Source: Prorocentrum cordatum (Eukaryota). From it: DNA of 57,594 nt. The notes under the pieces were generated by a model. That model worked only from the letters and a program-made list of their open reading frames with translations. It searched no databases and was not told the origin of the DNA. Shown here piece after piece: positions 38,601 to 51,510 of the stretch (position 1 is its first letter; every line of letters begins with the position of its first letter). The DNA lies in assembly GCA_963575745.1 (NCBI GenBank), contig CAUYUJ010000016.1, positions 62,001 through 119,594 of the forward strand, read 5' to 3'. Made by a program: the position numbers and the translations under genes.

Positions 38601-40410
38601 TGCTACATCTGCAGATCGTAGTCGCCGTTGAAGTTGATCAGCTCGCTGTGCGATGTACTCGGTGCGCTCCGCGGTGTCGGTTGGGATCGCCATCACCTGC
38701 TCCAATATGCAGGGTGCTTCTTCGTGACTTCCAATACTAATGGCCCGAGCCTGCATACCTCCTCTCGGTCCATCCTGGCCCATATGCAGTATCCACTCAT
38801 CAATGGCGGGAGGGAATGCCGCAGTCAATTGAAATCGTCTCTTCTTGGGCCCCAATCGCGTACCAGCTACCAGACGTGAAAGAACCCAAACTTGATGCCA
38901 ATCATTTTGCTGCTGTGCTCGTTCCAACTCCATAGACCATGTGTCTCGCATGCGTCGAAAGTCGCGCCGTCTAAATCTGCGAAGGTATTTCTGAAATAAC
39001 ATACATGTGTCCCTCATCTCTTGGGTAACGTGATCAGCTGCTTGAAATCGTGCACGAGCTTCTTTGTAGTTCTCGCGTAGACGGGCAGTGCTGGTGTCCT
39101 CACCTCTTCGAGTCTGCCCAGGATGTCGAGTGAAATAGATCTCAGCATGCTCTCGAAGGCCAGCTTGAAGAAAACTCCAGTAACCGTCTACATCAAGATA
39201 ATCTTGCAGATAACGAATCTGTGTCATAGTATCTGGGTGAACGGCCCATGCGTCCAGATCTCGAATGAAGCCATCATATAGGGGTCCACCTTTCAACCAG
39301 GCCTGCATATATCTGTCATAATCCCAAATGCAATTTGAGTCCGACTTCGGTTCATGCCAAGAACGGGTCATGACATCCATCACCAGGGGAGCGTGGTCTG
39401 CGTTACCTTTCGCATGTGAGAAATGTAAATATCGTCCAGTTCGTCGCCAAACACGTAACGTCTGAACTTGGGCCATCATGGCTTTCGGAATAGCGATGTA
39501 GTCGATCCGTGACATGGTCGAACCTCTGAAATACGTGGCCCCGTATCCCTCCCTAAAGTACGTGTTTGCCAGACACATGTAGTGCGTATTCAACATCATA
39601 CGCCAGTGCGGTGTGTGCGGATCCTCCTTGGCAGCCCCACGAGGGCCTATCGCATCCTGCTGGCTTGTGTTGTGCATGTGTATCCATCGCCCACCCACAT
39701 TCTGAAGCCCGCAATGAAAGTTACCATCCATCATCAATATCGGGGTACATCTGGCTGTAAGCTGAGAGAGAACTTTACTAATCCAATCTATGAGAGCGTG
39801 ACAGTGTTTTCGATATGCTTCCGATTTTGGCAACAGCATACCATAAGCAGTAATAAAACAAAAGTTGTAGTGGCCCGACCAGCGGTATCGAACAGCTCCC
39901 CCTCGTCCCTGGATCTGATCGGGTGGACACCAGGCCTGCACAAATCTTTGCTTTCGAAACTTCTTCGCATCGAGGGCCAACATGCATCCAGTGCTCGTGT
40001 TCGTCCCGTCTGTGTTCTTGCTCCTCTCCTGCTTACGAAGTTTTCTCGTCGCCGAGGTGGGCCACTGCCAGACGACATACTTGCCCACTCGGGGCGATAG
40101 AACCTTCAACGTTCCGTCAAATGATGCCCGAGCCATCGCCTGCCCTGTTCCAGTAAGGCTATCACATGGCAGGTGTCTAAGCCATCCAAAACCTCTCGTA
40201 GCCCCCGATGCAGAGGTAACGCTTGAGGATTGTATTGGGCGACGCGTAGACGGGTGGCCTGGGGCGGGGCCGAGGGCTGCGCTGATGTCATCAGAGTCGG
40301 TCCCAAGAAGATGTAAGCGAGAAAGGCAACCATCAACGTGAGAACCCGCGTTCCTCGTGGAGGTGTTAGAGAGCAAGATGCCAGAATGAAAGGAGAGGCT
40401 TGCACCAGAA
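35667..40410 (-). mobile_element. Non-LTR (LINE-type) retrotransposon: APE endonuclease + reverse transcriptase + C2H2 zinc fingers, several frameshifts
   Basis: APE motifs RVAQYNPQ, LMMDGNFH, SRIDYIAI, DHAPL; RT motifs RVVHLLDPIGK, TGFKPRRRR, FYDQANAFASVDH, GDLQG, AYADD, LRHLG; YLSGGETW; zinc-finger-like C...C...HEYRAH and CPFC...HIQIH. Motifs are spread over 5 ORF segments (40405-40106, to 37527, 37705-37250, 37605-37159, 37220-36063). Confidence 0.9.
35678..36283 (-). CDS. ~201-aa ORF of unknown function overlapping the 3' end of the LINE pol ORF
   Basis: ATG at 36283 (MGGKGMEQLATAML...), complex Lys/Glu/Ala/Met-rich sequence, GC3-biased codons, ends ...EMKGSAPARNPNV... Confidence 0.55.
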   Translation of the reverse strand: MGGKGMEQLATAMLMEGDWARNTRRAVGSAGNDQLKQMAVATAKTVVGMDVMQDTGKPYDVERKALKEVKKYDDMNKMTLSYERCWTALISMTAKDESVPKEKRTQLLMFSQKVSSVSGQVLTRMQKKCHRQEAIARKDRGRINLMVEPELRAVQTEAMAAIAAKPQVEMKGSAPARNPNVCSVVSTVVERGVYTAVNQEG

Positions 40411-40838
40411 AGGCATCTAGGAGGAGGAGGAGGAGGAGGAGGAGGAGGAGGAGGAGGAGGAGGAGGAGGAGGAGGAGGAGGGGGAGGAGGAGGAAGAGGA
40501 TGAGGAGGAGAGGGGGAGGAGGAAGGAGTAGGAGGAGGAGGAGGGATGAGGAGGGAGGAGGAGGAAGAGGAGGAGGAGGGAGGACGAGAGAGGAGGAGGA
40601 GGAGGAGCGGGAGGAGGAGGAGGAGGAGGATGAAAAGGGGGAGGAAGAGGAGGAGGAGGAGAAGGAGGAGGAGGAGATGGAGCAGGAGGAGGAGGAGGAC
40701 GAGGAGGAGGAGGAGGAGGGGGAGAAAGAGGAGGAGGGAGAGGAGGAGGAGAAGGAGGAGGAGGACGAAATGGAGGAAAAGGATCGGGAGGGTTCGGTGG
40801 TATTGGAGGAGGAGGAGGAGAATGAGGAGGAGGAGGTG

Positions 40839-41432
40839 GATTATCAGCGAGAAGGGGGGGGTGAGAGGAATCAACGCCCTAGCTGCAATCTTTGACTCGT
40901 GGTGGCGGGGGGGAGCTTGGTACTCCGTATCAGGAATCCCACATGTGGCAATGGGTTCTCTGATCGGCCAAACAACACCCCCCGCAAAGAGCACGGGGAC
41001 AGGGACTTCCCGCGCGAGACCTGGACCCAGGACTGTCGCCGGCTGTAGCTGGGCAGGCCAGGCCGGACGGAGCCCGAGGAGGTGAGGCCCAACCGGTTGC
41101 TTGGCATGCCGGCATAAAGGGCAACGAACATCAGCGCTACAGCCGACGAGGTGGCGTATCAAGGGGACGGGGGTCGGGAAACGAAAACCCTCGCCTGCGC
41201 ACCCCTCGGGCCGAGAGGGCTGCGACGAGGTGCACACTCCCATCTGATGATAATCCCCATCAGCACCTACCCTGCCTTCCCAAAACTGATCGGGGCGATT
41301 ATCAGCGAGAAGGGGGGGTGAGAGGAATCAACGCCCTAGCTGCAATCTTTGACTCGTGGTGGCGGGGGAAGCTTGGTACTCCGTATCAGGAATCCCACAT
41401 GTGGCAATGGGTTCTCTGATCGGCCAAACAAC
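40839..41432. repeat. Near-identical ~137-bp direct repeat pair (40839-40976, 41297-41432) around a 320-bp spacer
   Basis: gattatcagcgagaagggggg...tgatcggccaaacaac occurs twice, differing mainly in G-run lengths. Confidence 0.95.
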
Positions 41433-43742
41433 GCCCAACGCTGAGAAAGATAAGTCCCCAAGCACCCCCAACGCTGTGGAATATAACAAAAGAAATGGTC
41501 AAAGATCAGCTGAGAGGCAGGCGTTCCTTGCACGCCTTGGCGCCTGCGTTTCTTCTCCCGCGACCAGTCAGGGAGGCGAGGCAAACAGGCGGTCGAAATC
41601 TAAGGCGGCTACAGGAGGCTCTCGTGGTGAGAACGCCTCCCACCGAGCAGCACGGATGTGAGACAATACGACGGGATCGTCGTACCCGGCGCGGCTCAGG
41701 ACGTCTGCGGGGTTGTCGGAAGACGGGATCCGTTCGAACCACGGCCTGGCTCCAAGAGCCGTCAGTGCCGCTGTGGCCACGAGGGCCAGGCGACACATCG
41801 ACTCAGTAGGTGACCCCGCCTTGACTAAAGCGGTTTCTGCTGCCTGGTTGTCAATGAACCATAACACGTCCCTGTTCTGCAGCAGGGATGGCATGGACCA
41901 CACCAGGAGAGGGGCAGCTAGCAATTCTGCCTGGTTGATCACATGGCCTCCCTCTGAACCCAGGTGGGCAGACATATTTTTGGATACATTTCCTAAACAA
42001 GGCAAGCAGCGCACAGGTCCCAGCAAAAAGAATACAAGAGCCACCACCCCCCAACAAGGAACGCGGGGGCCTTCCACTGTCCGCAGACGCGTCTGTGTAG
42101 ACTACCACTGGTGGAAGCGGGTCACACGCAATGGCTAACGACCTGGGCGCAGCGTGTCGTGCTACGGAGGATAAGTACTGGAGGCAACACCGGAGGTTCG
42201 GGGTGATCTCTACAGTGTCCTCGTAGTATTGGCGCGCAATGAGGGCGGATAAAGCGCCCCGACACGGCCGGCCAGCAAGCGAGGTGTCAAGCCATGTGCT
42301 GATGCTGCGCAGATGTGCGGCTTCGCCAGACTGGAGACGCCCAGCCAGCAAAACTTGGTTCACCTCATCCAAGAAACGGTCACGCGTTCCTAACTTAGGC
42401 TCGAAACTGACCGCCGAATCGGTTTGGATGCGGCTTAGGTCGTTTCAAGTGTCCCAAGAAAAAGGCAGCATGACGTCGTGCGCCGCGCTTTCCGTCGAGA
42501 GGCTCGTCACCAAAGGCAAGCGCCGCGAGCGCGAGTTCCTGGAAGGCCTGTTAGGGCCACCCCCGTAGGACAAGCGCAAAATTCAACGATAACGCTTATC
42601 GTCGACGTAATGTCGCCCATCACGTACAGCAAGCGGCGAGGGCCCCGCGGCGGCTATGAGGAGGAGGGGACGCCGCGTTGAATTGGTTCACCGCTGACCC
42701 CAGGCCAAAGGGCACCCCCACGCAGCCGCGTACAGGCACTCGTGTCGTGGTGGGGGGAGATGGAGGGCAACCCTGACAAAACCAAGGTTCCCTGCGATCG
42801 GTGGGGACTTAATGGCCGGTTACCCTTTCCACCAATCTCCACTGACGCGACACGACTTGGAACCACTCAGGAAGCGAGGGGGCCGTCTTGCGTAAAAACT
42901 GGAGGGCCAACGCGCCGGCCCCCGGGAAGCGGCAGCTCTGGCGGAATAGTTACGAGCGTCTCTGATAGGAAAGATAAGGCGTTGGTGCGAGCCCTTTTCC
43001 CATCATCGATTCGTCGCCACTTGTCGCCCTGCCATATAGCGTGGCGCGGAAGCGGACGATAACCCCCAGGCCCAAACCGAAGGTCGAGCTCGCGACGCGT
43101 CACAAATGGGTCGGCGAGCCCAGCCTTGATTTCTTCCACTGTCAAGTCGTAAATGACCTTCGTCAGGGGGCCTGGGCGCATGCTCTGTCCCATGCTGTCC
43201 ACGAATCTCCGCGCAGATGGTCCCCGCAACGTCTCGGACGGCTGCTGGGGCGCATTGTGCCCAGTAGATTTCGTGGAGCATGGGCGGAGGGCGCCAGAGG
43301 CAGGGACCTCCGCGGCTATCTCGAAGCCGTGGACCAGTCTGGTTGGCAGGCCCGTGTCAGGCCAATCCAACAGCACGACGAGCACCGCTGCGAATACAGG
43401 CGAAATTCCTGGCGCGCCTGCGATGCTGACATGTCGCTGCTGCAAAGCAAACTCGTCCAGGGGGCGGAGTGCAGCAGCAAACCGCACTAGCAATTTTCGC
43501 CGGTGCCGCCGCTGATCGCGGACGCGGGGTCCAAGCGAAGCGTTGGCGTGGACGGCAAATTGCAGATCGAGCTCCAGACTGGGTGGGGCCGCGAATGGAT
43601 GCGACAGAAGCAACGCCCTGCGGACATGCTCATCCGGATCCACACCGTGTTCTACGAGGCCGGGAAGAGCCCGGTCGGAGGCCGAAGGGCGATGTTGCCG
43701 AGCAGCCGCGGCGTGCATAGGCGACTTGGACCACAATGCCTG
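40839..43742 (-). mobile_element. Degenerate DIRS-like RT/RNase H retroelement, 5' part cut by the N gap
   Basis: RHAIWQGDKWRRIDDGK, VPFGLGSAVNQFN (~42716-42678), HYVDD (~42600); RNase H VYTDAS, INQAEL, WFIDNQAA, ERIPSSDNPADVLSR; multiple frameshifts; 3' direct repeats. Confidence 0.8.
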
Positions 43743-43842
43743 NNNNNNNNNNNNNNNNNNNNNNNNNNNNNNNNNNNNNNNNNNNNNNNNNNNNNNNNNN
43801 NNNNNNNNNNNNNNNNNNNNNNNNNNNNNNNNNNNNNNNNNN
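43743..43842. other. Assembly gap (100 N)
   Basis: N run. Confidence 1.
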
Positions 43843-44191
<349 letters not shown>

Positions 44192-44302
44192 GAAGAAGAG
44201 GAGGAATATGACTGGCGTCCGTGCGTGCGCGCATGCGGAAGCGCAGCCGAAGAGCCAGGACGAGCGGCAGCCAGCCAACGGCCAACCGCCAACGAGCGGG
44301 AC

Positions 44303-44362
44303 CTCGCCTTCGCCGTCCGGCTCCTCGGCGTCGGATTCCTCGGCGTTGGCCTGCTCGGCCTC
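44303..44362 (-). CDS. Probable upstream exon of the J-domain protein (EAEQANAEESDAEEPDGEGE)
   Basis: 60 nt, cag| acceptor, GAG|GT donor, GC3-rich codons; AGGCGAG is repeated at the acceptor of the 23001 exon. Confidence 0.6.
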
Positions 44363-45494
44363 CTGGCGGGGTGCGGGGGCGCGGGGGAGGGGGAAGGGCG
44401 AGAGAGGGGGAGGGAGGAGGAGGGATCATGGAGGAGGCGGAAGAGGAGGGGGAGGAGGGAGAGGAGGGAGGAGGGGGAGGAGGAAGATGACGAGGAGGAG
44501 GGACGAGGGGGACAGGGATGACAGGAAGGACGGAGGAGGGCGAGGAGGAACGGGGAGGAAGGAGTAGGTAATGAGGGGCAGGATGAGGATGAGGAGGACG
44601 AGGACGAGGGGAAGGATGAGAGGCAGGAGGAGAATGGCGAGGAGGAGAGAGGCAGGAAGGAGCTGGAGCAAGAGGAGGGGAGAACAGATGACAGTGGGCC
44701 GGGCGTCCTGCCTCCCAGGCCCCCAAGAGGGCCCAACAGGGCGTCAAGATGACCGAAGAGGGATAGCACGATCTCACTCTTCGGGCTTTCCAAGCCAAGA
44801 TGGTCACCGAGAGCGCCTCCAGGTCCATAAGAGGCGTCCAGTAGGCATCAAGAGACTCCCAAGAGGGGCCCCCAGGGGGATTTCCAGCCCCCATGCGGGC
44901 TCCAGGAGACTCCACAACGCCTCGAAGGGGCATCTCGGATGCCCCTTCGTCATATGCCCCTTCGTCGAAGGGGCATCAGATACGCCCTCCGCCACCGTGC
45001 CTGGGTCGATGATCAGGTGATCTGGTCATCAATCCAGGCACGGTGGCGGTATGGGCCGACGGCCAACACATTTACACATACTGACACGGCTGCACCCACA
45101 TATCCATGCCTACATGCATGTGCGTCTTCGTATATATATATATAGATGTACAACTATTTGTTTATATATATATATATATATATATTTCACGTTGTTACAC
45201 ATTCATATGCGCATGCGTGTATGAGAGAGGGGGGGCGAGTAATCTTGTACCGTCCCTAGGCGCGTGGTTGAAGCGGGATTCCGCGGAACGGATTCCGCAT
45301 CCTGTTTGTTGCTATCGCCGCCCTCGTCCGCGACCCGCCCGCGACCCCTCCGCGACCCGCCCACGATCCCCCTGCGATCCAACCGCGAGCTACCTGCGAG
45401 CCACCCGCATGGCTTTGACGAAGAATTCGGCGCCTGCGGCGGGCTCGTTGCGTAATGTGTACAAATCGGCGGTTGCGGCGGTGCTCTTCAGGGC

Positions 45495-45860
45495 TTCGGG
45501 GCGCGCCAGAAGTGCGCCGCGTGCGAGCGGCCGCGCACGGGACCGCCCTCGGGGAGCGCCACACTGCGCCGCGACCGAGCGGGCTCGCACGGACACGCTC
45601 TGAGCGCGCCACAAAGCGCGCCGTGAGCGTGCGGGCACGCACGAGAACGCCCTCGGGGCGCGCCAGAGTGCGCCGCGTGCGAGTGGGCACGCGCGAGAGC
45701 GCTCTCGGGACCGGGCATGGAGCGCCGCGTGCGGGCGGGCACGCGCGAGAGCGCCCTGGGGGCGCGCCAGAGAGCGCCGCGTGCGGGCGGGCGTGCGCGG
45801 AAACACTCTCGGGGCGCGCCAGGGTGCGCCGCGTGCGAGCGGGCGCGCCCGGGAGCGCCC
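45495..45860. repeat. GC-rich minisatellite, ~55-bp unit
   Basis: tcggggcgcgccagagtgcgccgcgtgcgagcgggc motif recurs ~7 times. Confidence 0.75.
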
Positions 45861-47846
45861 GCGGTGTTTTTTTTTTTTTGCCAGGCGCTGCTCCCCCTCT
45901 GGGGAGCTGCAGGACTGTCATTGAGCTTGTGGGGCGCCTCGGCACCTTCAGAAGAGCCCGCGATCCCGATTCGCTCCAGAGGGGGAGGCAATACACGATG
46001 CTACGCACAAGGGGAGGAAGGCGTAACCCGCCAACCGCGCCGCTCGACGGCGGGCGATATAGCTCTCGCCCGTCGACGTATTGCACCGGGCTCTCCATTG
46101 AACGCTTCGGCCACTAGTCGCTCGCTGCCTGACGATTGTCAGGACCGACGCTCGCTCCTGAGAAAAGGATACAGAACGACCCACGTACACTTACACGTAT
46201 ACATACATACATATATACCTATAAATATGTATGTATGTATGTATGTATGTATATATATATACATGTGTGTTTATCTATGTATATATATATAAAAGAATAG
46301 GTATCACATAAATACATACACACTAGAACCACGCGCGCTGAGGTTCTAGCATGCGTTACCTGCATTCTAAACATGTTCGGGATCGGATGACATATCTTGT
46401 CACGTGGGTGGCGCCCCGCAGGGAGCCCCAGAGACAAACTTGACTTCGCGCCCCCCCGCCCATGTCGGCACATCCCTCACAGGGATCGTGCCCCACAGGG
46501 AGCTACACCTACGCCCCCAGAGACAAGGTTCACACAGTGGCACGCCCCTCAGGTGGATTGTGCCCCGCAAGCACCTGCATTTGTGGCACCAGAATGCAGC
46601 TTTCTAGCGTCTCCCAGCTCACTGCGGCACACCTCTCAAACGGATCGTGGCCCGCAAAATGTTCCACGGACAGCACCAGAGACAAGGTTCGCATCCCGCC
46701 CCCCCCCCCGCCTACTTCGGCACACCTCTCACACGGCCCCAGAGGCAGGACTCCCACTGCGCCCCCCCATCTGGCCATGGCGATACACCTCATCACGCGG
46801 ATCGTGCCCACACATAACATCATCAAATGGCCCAGAGACATGGTTCGTACAACGCCCCCCGCCCATGTCCGCACACCCGTCACGCGAATTATGCCCCAGA
46901 GGGAGCTCCGACTATGGCACCAATGCGCAATTTCGCTTGGCCTCTCCCTCCCATTACAGAACATACGGACGCCCACGCCTGGGTCTGGAAAAAAAAAATC
47001 GGAGGTCATCCACAGGACCGTGAACTCATTGAACAACAACGTGTTTTGCAACGCTTTGGTTTAACCGTGCGCGCTTTGGAGATATCTTGGAGATATCTTG
47101 GAGACAGTTTCTGGGGCCTCTTTGGGGGCGTCTTAGGCATCGTGGAGGCCTCTTGGGGGCATATGGGGAACAATTTGTGGGTCCCTTGGGTGGGGCTCTC
47201 TTGGGCCATCTTGGGAGCCTCCTGGGCCGTCTTGGACCCCTCTTGGGCCGTCTTGGAGCTCTCTTGGGGCCTCCTGGGCCGCCTTGGGAGCCTCTCGGGT
47301 TGTCTTGGACGCTGTGAAAACCCAAGTGGCGAATCCACATACGTTTCACGGAATGGGAGGGTGTTTGCTTCTTGGGGCCCTCTTCGGGGCCACTCGTGGC
47401 GTGCTGGGGCGCCTCTGGGCTGTCGCGGCGCCACCCTGGGGGCCGTGCTGGAGCTCCCGCGGGGCGCTTTTGGGGGCCTTCGAGGGCCAGTCGGAGCCTG
47501 TCTTGGGCAGTGTTGGGAGACCCTCGCGCTTTCTCGGACCTCGGGGGGGGGGTCGCCCCGGGGAGGTCCCCCGGGGAGCAGGGGCACCGAGACTCAAGGG
47601 AGGGGCCGGCCGAGGGCCCCGGGCCCGGGGTCTCCCAGATGTGTGTGTATTGATGTGTGCATGCATGTAAGTATGCATGCATGCATGCATGCGTGCAGTT
47701 ATGTAATTGTGCATGCATGTATGTATACATGTCTGTAATTATGCATGCATGCATGTGTGTATGTGCATATCTGTATTTATACACATATATGCAGATGTAT
47801 ACCTGTGTGTAGTGTAGTGTATCTGTGTACATATATATACACGGGA

Positions 47847-47890
<44 letters not shown>

Positions 47891-48012
47891 GATAATAAAA
47901 AAACAAGAGCGCACAACAACTGGACATCTTACCCACATGTCATATTGAAGGCGTAGCCAACGAATGCGGATGTAATGTGCTCGTTCCACGCGAATGAAGC
48001 GGTCCGGGGCTC

Positions 48013-48081
48013 CTCCCTGAGGTTGCAGTGGACGTCCACCCAGGCGCCCAGCTCAGCGTCCCAGCGCTTTCTCTCCTCCTC
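48013..48081 (-). CDS. Probable upstream exon of the J-domain protein (EEERKRWDAELGAWVDVHCNLRE)
   Basis: cag| acceptor, GAG|GA donor; WD..G.W...L.EEA pattern recalled from N-terminal extensions of algal/alveolate ATJ10-like DnaJ proteins (recollection, not searched). Confidence 0.6.
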
Positions 48082-49011
48082 CTGTCGCGCGCCGCAGTCG
48101 CGGGAACCGTTGCTCCCACCACCTCTTGCCCCTCCTTCCTCTTGCTTCCCTCTTTCTCCTGCATCCTCGTCGTCCTCCTTCTCCTCCATCCCTCTGTATT
48201 TTCTCCTGCTCCGCCTCCTCCTCTCCCTCCTCTTCATCCTCCTATTCTGCCTCCTCCCCGGGTCCTCCCCCCTCTTCAACCTCCCTCCTTCCCTCTTCCT
48301 CCATATTCCTCCTCCTTCCCTTTTCATCCTCCTCCTCCCTTCGCCACCTTAGCCAAATCCCTTCCTCAGTCCTCCTCCTTTCCTCGTCCTTCTCCTCCTT
48401 CTTCTTCTCTCTTCCTCCTCATTCCCTCGTCGTCGTCGTCGTCGTCGTCGTCCTCCTCCTCCTCCTCCTCCCACCGTCGCGTCCTCCAAATCTCCCCCCC
48501 CCTACTTAAGCCTCCTCCTTCCATTCGTCCCGTCCACATTTCCTTCTCCCTCTTCCTTCTCCTTCCCTCGTCGTCCTCCTCCCACCTTCTCATTCTCCTC
48601 CTGCTTCCCGCCCCTCAACCCCATAGCATATCCGCCTCTTCATACCGCCTAACGTGTTGACAACCGGGCGCTTCGACTTTGAATTCCATACGCCGTACGG
48701 CGTATAATCCGAATAAAGCGCAGCGTTTCCAGTAACTACGCGGGTAGAGGGCGGGTGAACTTCCAATTGGCGCCCTCGCTTGAGGCTCGTCGGGGAGTGT
48801 TAGCCCACCTCCAACCGCGCAACGAGCTGCCAGATCCAGCGATGATATTCTCACCGCTGGGCCTTCCCCTTTGAAGTCAGCGGTGGCCGTTGCCAAGTAT
48901 TTCTCGACGAGCCTTCGTCGCAAGCTACGGCCGTACAACTAATGAGAACGGCGGCGCAGAGCGCACGCAAGGGCGCGGTGCACAGGTTAGACAAGAGGCG
49001 GCCACCTAGGG

Positions 49012-49107
49012 CTAGGTCGGGCATGTCCTCCTGCAGGCGGATCTTGGGCGAAAAACTTGAACTAATCAAGAAATACTCAAACATATCAAACAATGGTCAA
49101 CCGATAA
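49012..49107 (+). mobile_element. Internally deleted MITE family A copy
   Basis: Left TIR intact; exact flanking duplication acctaggg. Confidence 0.7.
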
Positions 49108-49254
49108 ACCTAGGGCACGAGTAGGCACAGGCGCAGCGGGCAAACTATCAAGCCGTGCGTGTATCCTGTTCTTCGAGGGCCGCCCGGGAGGGCAGCCGAG
49201 ACAACCGCGTGCCCCGCGCGGCCAGGGGAGCGAAGGAAAGCCGGGAGCGGCCAG

Positions 49255-49882
49255 GACCACACAACACATGGCACACAGCACACATCACACACTACACAGC
49301 ACACAGCACACACCACACAACACGCAGCACACCACACACAATCCACAACACACAACACACACCACACACCACACAACACACAACACACAACACACCACAC
49401 ACAATCCACAACACACAACACACACACACACACCTCACAACATACAACACACATCACGCACAAATAATACACAACACACAGCAACACAACAACGCAACAA
49501 CACACGCACACCATACAACGACACACACACACACACCACAGACACAAGCGCGCGCGCTCGCACGCACGCACGCACGCACGCACCGCCCGCGTGCCCGCCC
49601 GCCGCCCGCCCGCGCGCGCGCCCACACAGACACAGACACAGACACAGACACAGACAGACACACAGACACAACACACAACACACAACACACAGCATACGGC
49701 ACAGAGCACACGCACAACACATGACACACGACACACAACACACAACACACACAACGCACAACACACAACACGCAACACACAACACGCAACACACAAGACC
49801 CAGGACACAAGACACACCACACAGCACACAACGCACAACTCACACACACGCACACACACACACTCAAACACACACACACACA
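49255..49882. repeat. CA-rich low-complexity tract
   Basis: (CA)n, (CACAA)n, (CACG)n, (CAGACA)n. Confidence 0.9.
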
Positions 49883-50584
49883 CTTTTGGTCGGCCGCGGC
49901 CTCGCGCGCAGCGACGAGGCGGAGCAACAAACATCACGCACACACGAAAGGCGATACGAATCCACGGCTAGCAGCAGCGCAAGACCAGCCGAGGAACAAC
50001 AATGAACATGCGTGCCAATGAGATCCCCTGTGTAAGACGACGCCAAGACAACGACAACATCGGACCGGGCTAATTCGGGGATCTCTGGTATCCGGCGGTT
50101 CTGGAGGATAGATTGGGCGCCGCAGCTTTCGCAGAGCGTTCCAGAGTGCTCTGAGAGCGTCCCAGAACGCTCCGCTCTGGAACGATTTATCCCAGTCTTA
50201 GCCCCGCCCACGTGTGAGCAGGAGAAGCAGGAAGGAAGTCCCGTCTCGGGCCCAGGACGGGCGGGACGCCTCGGGTGAGCACCATGACGATTGCAGACCA
50301 GTGCGCAGAGATTGCCGGTGAGCACAGCCCAACATACAAACTCTACTCTTCCCAACTCCGTGATCTGGGGGGCAGGAAGGAGCGGGGAGGGGTGGGGATG
50401 CTACCTCCCTCCCTTCCGACGTCACGACTCGGGCCGCCCCTGGGACTCTTCCCCCAGACCGGCTCTTCCTGCCGAGTCCTTCCTCTCCACCGGCGTCTCG
50501 CTGGGGAGGGTCCTCCTCGAGAGCGCCGAGCACGCTGTGCTCTCGCCCCGCTGCCCGCAAGGCCACGACCCCTGGTCAACAAGA

Positions 50585-50627
50585 CCGCTGTGCACATGGC
50601 CGTGCTGCCACGCCTGTCACACGGACC

Positions 50628-50686
<59 letters not shown>

Positions 50687-51510
50687 TATATGTATATATT
50701 TTAATAATAAACACAAAAAACAAAAACTACTGTGGTGCACATGGCCGTGCTCTCAGCCCCTGCCGCACGGCCACGAGCGCCCGTGCAGAACACATGCTCC
50801 GGCGCACCTGGCCGTGCCCGTCGCACGGCCGCGACCCCTGGCGAAAAGCACACACTGCGGTGCACAGAGCCGTACTCCCGCCCCTGCCACACGGCAGCGA
50901 ACACACTACGGCCTCCTCCTCATCTTCTTCTCTTATTCTGCGTATTCTTCTTCTTAACCCTTACTCCTCCTCCTCCCTTTCCTCCTCCTCCCCTCCTCGT
51001 CCTCCTCCTCCCTTTCCTCCTCCTCCTCCTCCTCCACCCCTCCTCCTCCTCCCTCCTCCTCCTCCTCCTCCTCCCTTTCCTCCTCCTCCTCGTCCTCCTC
51101 CTCCTCCCTTTCCTCCTCCTCCTCCTCCTCCTCCTCCTCATGGCCGTGCTCTCGCCCCAGTCACCCAACCACGGTCACTTGTAACAAATACACTGCGGTG
51201 CGCATGGCCGTGCTCTCTCACCTGTGTCACACGGCCACGGCCCCTTGCGCAACAAATACGCTGCGGTGCACCTGGCCTTGCTCCCACCCCTGCCTCGTCC
51301 TCCTCGTCGCCCTCCCACCTCCTCCTCCTCCTCCTCCTCCTCCTCCTCCTCCTCCTCCTCCTCCCTTTCCTTCTCCTCCTCCTCCTCCTCCTCCTCCTCC
51401 TCCTCCTCCTCCTCATGGCCGTGCTCTCACCCGTGTCACACGGCCACGGCCCCCTGCAGCAAACACACTACGGTACACCTGGCCTTGTTCCCACCCCTGT
51501 CACGCCCAGG
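50585..51510. repeat. Degenerate tandem repeat interrupted by poly-T and (CCT)n tracts
   Basis: catggccgtgctctc...cacggccacg motif recurs several times. Confidence 0.7.

Noticed and set aside
40411..41243. N-terminal ~280 aa of the 1238-aa ORF as part of LINE pol
   Set aside because: It reads through a (CCT)n tract and the neighbouring element's terminal repeat; real APE motifs begin near 40250.
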